DNA of 63,222 bases, filler included, from Planctomycetota bacterium (lineage in GTDB: Bacteria; Planctomycetota; Planctomycetia; JALXBF01): the NCBI GenBank assembly GCA_026991575.1. It is 8 parts of 8 records of this genome, joined end to end, with 100 filler letters (N's around TTAATTAATTAA, not from the genome) between each part and the next. Parts side by side here need not be neighbours in the genome. Positions count along the whole stretch, not along the records: positions 58,361 to 60,743 come from JALXBF010000023.1; positions 60,844 to 63,222 come from JALXBF010000024.1; 6 more parts are not named here. One strand, given 5' to 3'. This document shows, one piece after another, positions 58,361 to 63,222 of the stretch. Numbering within the stretch: the first letter of the stretch is position 1; every line of letters begins with the position of its first letter. The notes under the pieces are model-generated. The model was not told where the DNA came from and did not search any database. It was given only the letters and a program-made list of their open reading frames with translations. A program made the translations under genes and the position numbers.

Positions 58361-59543
58361 TCTCCGCTTCCCACGCCTCCTTGTGATCCGGCTCTTGCCG
58401 TCGTTGCAGCAGCTCACGCCACTTGCCAGCCACGAACTGGCTCTGAGTCAGGAACCCGGCAAACCGTTTGCCGTCCGGAAAACAGCGAAGAGCCTCCTTC
58501 GGTTCTTCGGTGTAATCGGGCTCAGCAACCGGGTCATCGGACTCGGCGCCGCGGAGCCAGCGGTTCAACCATCCGTAGAGCGTTTCGCGCATCTGGCGGC
58601 TGTAGCCGTGGCGGTCCTCGAACACGGCGTGCCGCAGGCGCTGCTGGCAGCCGTAGAGTCGATAAATCTCGCGTGCGATCGCTATCGACTTCGCCGCTTC
58701 GATGATCGAGAACTGCGGGCCGTCGTGTGATGCGTTCATAACCAGCAGGGGCCGTGGGGCAACCAGACCGAGCAGCTCACCTTCCTCACAGAAAGTCAGC
58801 GCTCCCGGGAGCACTTCACCGACGCAGCAGGCGACCCCCAGGTACGCCTGGTAGTTACCCACCGAGCAGACGGGCACCACGACGCTGATCCGTTCGTCGA
58901 TCGCTCCCACATTCATCGACTGATTGCCGCCCCCCGAAGCGCCCGTAACAGCAATGCGCTGTCCGTCGACCTCGGGCCGCGTCAGCAGATAGTCAACGGC
59001 CCGCATGTTGTCGTAGACCTGGAGCGCAAGCAGCGGATAGCCGATGGTCCAGCAGGCGGCGCCGCGAAGGGCACCGTGGTAGACGGGCCGCAGGGGATCG
59101 TCGGCCCGTTCGCCGGCGCCGAAGGCATCCACCATGAGCACGAAGTAGCCCTGGCGCACGAGGCCAAGTGAGCGGTAGTGGGGGACTCGTGCCAGCTTGC
59201 CCTCGCTGAAGTGCCCGTGCACGTTGAGCACGGCAGGAACCGGCCTCTCCGCGGCTGCCTCGGGCACATAGGCGTTGGCGGTCATCCAGACGCCGGGCCT
59301 GGTCTGGATTGCCAGCTTCTCGATTCGGTACCCGTCGCGCCGAAGCACGCCAAAGCTGCGTGGAGCCAGGTCGCAGGCATCCTTCTCCAGGCCACGGCCC
59401 ACCGCCTCAAAGATCCGTTCGCGCAGTTCGCGTCGCCGCTGCTGCCATTGCTCCAGCGTGCGGGGCGGCTGCCAGCCACGCCGCAGCGCGCGCGCCTGAG
59501 CCCTGACCCAGCGCAGGTACATTTGGCTTCGATCGGGTGCCAT
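58361..59543 (-). CDS. Alpha/beta hydrolase (acetylxylan esterase-like), 3' end cut
   Basis: VHGH, GAGER, RAVDYL..RPEVD..RIAVTGASGGG, APRPLL, HGY; ATG after GGAGGAG. Confidence 0.82.
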
Positions 59544-59870
59544 CAGGTTGTCTCCTCCGCTGCCGCCAACGGCAACCATTCTAGTGCTCGCGTGCGCAAA
59601 CCGCTCGTGCACGGACGTGCCGCGGTGGTGGAGGTCGTGAAATGGGAACTGGTCAGCGCGGTCGCGTGCAACGAGACGCAGGCGCCGGCCAGCTCTGCAG
59701 GGCCTCGGCAAGTTGCTGTCGGCGGTTTGCGCGGCGAAGCGGGCGGCGCCCGCGAACGGCCATGACGGAATTGCTGCCTCGATCGGTTCTGGCCAGCGGC
59801 CCGGACGTGCGCGTTGACCTACTCGTCGGGCCGGACGTATGCTTTAGAGGTCGCGTTTTGCCTGCCGAAG

Positions 59871-60055
59871 TTGACAGTGGGAGTTGGTGCGAGTTTCTGA
59901 CCAATGGTTTGTGCCCTGGCGATCCACGGCACTGTCGTGCTGCGAATTATTACCGCCGCGGCTTGACGGCTGCGGCCGCCAGGGGCGTTGTGCGACAACC
60001 GAAGCGTTCCAATGACGAGAACCCTGAGGCCGCAAGGCTCAGGGTTGTTTTTGTT
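59871..60055 (+). promoter_or_regulatory. Putative leader-peptide transcription attenuator upstream of cimA
   Basis: TTGACA at 59871; uORF 59904-59966 MVCALAIHGTVVLRIITAAA*; terminator AACCCTGAG/CTCAGGGTT (60020-60046) plus T-tract; CAGGG near 59980 can pair with CCCTG as antiterminator. Confidence 0.7.
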
Positions 60056-60090
60056 ACCGCTGGGCACGCCCGACCCGTTCGAGCTCGACC

Positions 60091-60743
60091 ATGCGACGCA
60101 TTGAGATCTACGACACAACGTTGCGCGATGGCACGCAGGGCGAGGGCATCGCTTTCTCGCTGCAAGACAAGCTTGCGATTGCACATAAGCTGGACGAGCT
60201 CGGCGTCGACTACATCGAGGGCGGTTACCCGTTGTCGAATCCGAAGGATGCTGAGTTCTTCCAGGCGGTACGGGCCGAGCGGTTCGAGCACACGGTGATC
60301 TGTGCCTTCGGCATGACACGCCGGCGGGGCAAGCGGCCTGAGCAGGATCCGGGGCTGCGCGCGCTGCTGGATGCTGAGACAGAGGTCGTCACCGTTGTGG
60401 GCAAGAGCTGGGACCTGCACGTGGACGAAGTGCTCCGCGTGTCACGTGACGAGAACCTGGCGATGATCCGCGACTCGGTCCGTTACCTGCGCAGCCAGGG
60501 ACGGCGTGTTTTCTACGATGCGGAACACTTCTTCGATGGCTTTCGCCACAACCCCGATTATGCCCTGGCCACGATCCGGGCCGCAGCCGAGGCGGGGGCT
60601 GAGCGGATTATCCTGTGTGATACCAACGGCGGCAGCATGCCGTGGCAGATCCGTGAGGGCGTTCTGGCCGCGGCCGAGCACGTCGATGTGCCGCTCGGTA
60701 TACACTGTCACAACGACTGCGACCTGGCCGTGGCCAACTCGCT
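60091..60743 (+). CDS. cimA: Citramalate synthase (LeuA/CimA family), 3' end cut
   Basis: YDTTLRDGTQGEG, YIEGGYP.SNPKD, VGKSWDLHV, DAEHFFDG, LCDTNGG, HCHND. Confidence 0.93.
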
Positions 60744-60940
60744 NNNNNNNNNNNNNNNNNNNNNNNNNNNNNNNNNNNNNNNNNNNNTTAATTAATTAAN
60801 NNNNNNNNNNNNNNNNNNNNNNNNNNNNNNNNNNNNNNNNNNNGTTGCTCTGTCAGTTCACAGCCCGCGCCCAGCTGTCCGCGGTCTCTGCCGCTCAGAG
60901 CTCCAGCTAGTCTCGGACCGCTAGCTGCAGACGCCTGCGG

Positions 60941-62764
60941 TCAGAGTTCAAGGCCCACCAGCTCGTCGTCACGAACGACGGCTGGCAGCATCACCTTGAA
61001 GTACGTCGCCCGGCCGCCCGGGTCAGCAAACTCGGTCAGCACGAGCTCGAAATCGGCCGGCCGAACGACACGATAACCCGGTGGCCACGCACGAACCTTC
61101 ACGCACGTCCCGCCGGGCCGCATCGAGTCGTCCGGAAGCGGACCGGTTAGCGTCTTGGCGTCCAGCGTCAGGCGGCATAGATCAGCTGCCGCCCAGTCGC
61201 TGACAACCGCGTTGCGCGCCGGGTTCAAACAGTAGACCAACGGACCACACAGCACCGCAACCCGGCCGTACTGCTGCTTGCGACCGCGCACGAGCCGGGC
61301 ACGCAGCGGTAGGTTCAGACTCACGCGGTCGCCAGGACGCCACCGGCGGCTGAGCTTGCAGTACGTGCCTGGGCTAACCGGTTCCGGTTGGCCGTCGTTG
61401 ACGCGGACAGTCGCCCCTGTCGCCCACAGCGGCACACGAAGCCAGAGCGCGAAGCGGGCCGGGCGGACCGGATCCACCGTGATCTCAACGCTGCCGGACG
61501 ACGGGTAGCGGGTCCGCTGCACCAGCGTCACGGCTGTCCCGTCCGGCAGCCGTCCACGATAGCGGGACTCGGCATAAAGGTTGATCGCCAGCCCCTCCGC
61601 GTGCCGGTAGTAGATAAGCAATGGCAGCTCGGCAATGATGCGGCGGTAGTTGCCCGGGCAGCAGTAGGTGTCGAGCTCGAAGTAGGCGCGCTTCCCCTCG
61701 AACGGCGTGTAGTAACGGATGCGTCGGCCATCGGGACTCTGGGCCCCGAAAAGTGCGTTATACACGGTCCTCTCGATCAGGTCGCCGTACTCGGGCCGTC
61801 CGCTCAGACGCAGCAGCCGGTCGTAGAGCCGGATCTGATAAGCGGTCGCACAGGTTTCGCCCAGTGCGATCCGACCGTCCTGATCGTCTGTCCAGCACTC
61901 CCACTGGCCGGCTCCGCCGGTCACCGTAAGGCCGTCCTCACGAAGCAGGAACCGCACCGCCCGCTTCGCAGGCTCAACCAAGCCGTCGCGTGGCTCATGG
62001 CGGTACAGTTCCAAGCCTGCCAGTGCGCGGCAGACATACGCGTAGATGTGTCCCTTGATAAGCGGCCGTCGTCCCAGCTCGATCGGGGGCGCCCAGTCAG
62101 CTAGCTGCCGCTGACGCAGGCAGAAGTCCTTGTAGCGGTCATCACCGGTCACACGCCACAGACGGATCAGCGTCCGTTCCAACGACGTGACCGCCAGGTG
62201 CGTAGCCACGCCCGTGCGCTTCGGCCAGTCTGCCGGCAGCTCGTGCCAGTGCCGGATGATATAGTCTGCGATCTTGCGTGCCGCCTCCAGCGCGACCGTC
62301 TCACCGAATAACTCGTACTCGGTAATCAACCCGTGGGCCACGTAGGACAGCTCGTGAATGTCCCACAAGGCGTGAATCCGAGATTGCGGGGCCATCATGC
62401 CCAGGTAGCCATCCGGCTCCTGAAGCGCGATAACGTCACGGAGCAACTTGCGGTTCAGCGTCTTGAGCCGGTGCTCCGGCCGGTAGGCAGCAAACCTGGC
62501 AACGGCATCGATCAGCTTCCCGAGCCCGATGTAGCCGCCACGCGCAGTGCGCTGGCGAAACGGCGTGAGGAACTGGTCCAGATCGAGCTTCAGCAAGTGG
62601 TTGTCGATCGTGATGTCGATCCGCCGGCCAAGCTCGCCCGCAACGCGGACCTCGTCGTATGCGACCGGCTGCAGTCGAGCCTCGCGTGGATCAGCTGCAA
62701 AAGAAACGGCCGCCGCCATAAGCAGCCAGCCCAACCGGAGGGGAACCAGAAGCGCACGAACCAT
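60941..62764 (-). CDS. GH127/DUF1680 beta-L-arabinofuranosidase-like glycoside hydrolase
   Basis: Signal peptide; GH.Y, ETCAT, ERTVYNAL, CCPGN, YPSSG, LRVPLW, GPLVYC. Confidence 0.88.
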   Translation of the reverse strand: MVRALLVPLRLGWLLMAAAVSFAADPREARLQPVAYDEVRVAGELGRRIDITIDNHLLKLDLDQFLTPFRQRTARGGYIGLGKLIDAVARFAAYRPEHRLKTLNRKLLRDVIALQEPDGYLGMMAPQSRIHALWDIHELSYVAHGLITEYELFGETVALEAARKIADYIIRHWHELPADWPKRTGVATHLAVTSLERTLIRLWRVTGDDRYKDFCLRQRQLADWAPPIELGRRPLIKGHIYAYVCRALAGLELYRHEPRDGLVEPAKRAVRFLLREDGLTVTGGAGQWECWTDDQDGRIALGETCATAYQIRLYDRLLRLSGRPEYGDLIERTVYNALFGAQSPDGRRIRYYTPFEGKRAYFELDTYCCPGNYRRIIAELPLLIYYRHAEGLAINLYAESRYRGRLPDGTAVTLVQRTRYPSSGSVEITVDPVRPARFALWLRVPLWATGATVRVNDGQPEPVSPGTYCKLSRRWRPGDRVSLNLPLRARLVRGRKQQYGRVAVLCGPLVYCLNPARNAVVSDWAAADLCRLTLDAKTLTGPLPDDSMRPGGTCVKVRAWPPGYRVVRPADFELVLTEFADPGGRATYFKVMLPAVVRDDELVGLEL

Positions 62765-63007
62765 GGTGGTAGACCTCGCAGGGCAGGACAGCAGCAGAGA
62801 CCGGCACGGCAGGGCCCATCAGGCTATGGTAGCAACGTGACGCCCGGGGGGTGGCGGCCCACTTAGTAGCCAACCGGCCTGGCGTTCCGCGCAGGTCCCA
62901 TCCGGCTGTTGCGCGCGCAGGGCAGCGGGACTGGCCGCGGGCAGACGGCCGGCAGGTCCCGGGCCGCTAGCAAGCCACCAGTGCCACCTGCAACATCGCC
63001 CCGAAGC

Positions 63008-63222
63008 TCAGTACTCGTGTCGGGCCTTCGTCTCGTCCAGGCCAGCATGCAGCAGCTTCACCGGCGGTAGCTTCCTCTCTGCCACCTCGCGCTTAAGCCG
63101 CTCGATGAGCGCGTCGAGTGTGACGGGGCCGAGGTCTCCTTCCGTGCGCTCGCGAAGCGACACCGTGCCCTGCTCCGCCTCCCGCTTGCCGACGATCGCC
63201 ATGTAGGGAATCTTCTCCAGCT
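63008..63222 (-). CDS. thrS: Threonyl-tRNA synthetase, C-terminal anticodon-binding end
   Basis: LEKIPYMAIVGKREAEQGTVSLRER..GDLG. Confidence 0.85.
   Translation of the reverse strand, partial: LEKIPYMAIVGKREAEQGTVSLRERTEGDLGPVTLDALIERLKREVAERKLPPVKLLHAGLDETKARHEY

Overview
GC-rich bacterial sequence, probably a planctomycete (inferred from the pilB-pilT-pilB-pilC cluster, PQQ propeller, sulfatase, Hint-type toxin and exbBD cluster). It is not one contig: eight pieces are joined by 100-nt N/TTAATTAATTAA/N linkers, so adjacency across linkers is unproven. Core genes: type IV pilus/T2SS genes, tRNA-Thr(CGT), xylonate dehydratase, exbB-exbD-exbD, gndA, cimA with an apparent leader-peptide attenuator, glycoside hydrolases and the thrS 3' end. 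The accessory part (about 9.7-50 kb) holds (i) polymorphic toxin modules: two Rhs genes with a near-identical core but different tips, an orphan tip, and a Hint-AHH nuclease with an Imm11/DMP19-like fused immunity gene; (ii) a type I-B cas8-cas7-cas5-cas3 operon with an internal cas11 start, a broken cas6, no cas1/2/4 and no visible array, divergent from an IS4-transposase homologue whose first catalytic Asp is replaced by His; (iii) a complete group II intron and a complete IS4 element, both inserted at copies of the same unannotated hairpin-GTTGATGG palindromic repeat family; (iv) an ISKra4 remnant, a GTPase/pseudo-GTPase pair, an ARPP-1-like gene and a HEPN-MNT pair. Best candidates for new biology: the hairpin-GTTGATGG repeat as a shared landing site, and the array-less I-B Cascade/Cas3 next to the altered transposase. 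Family assignments come from motif recognition only; no searches were run.
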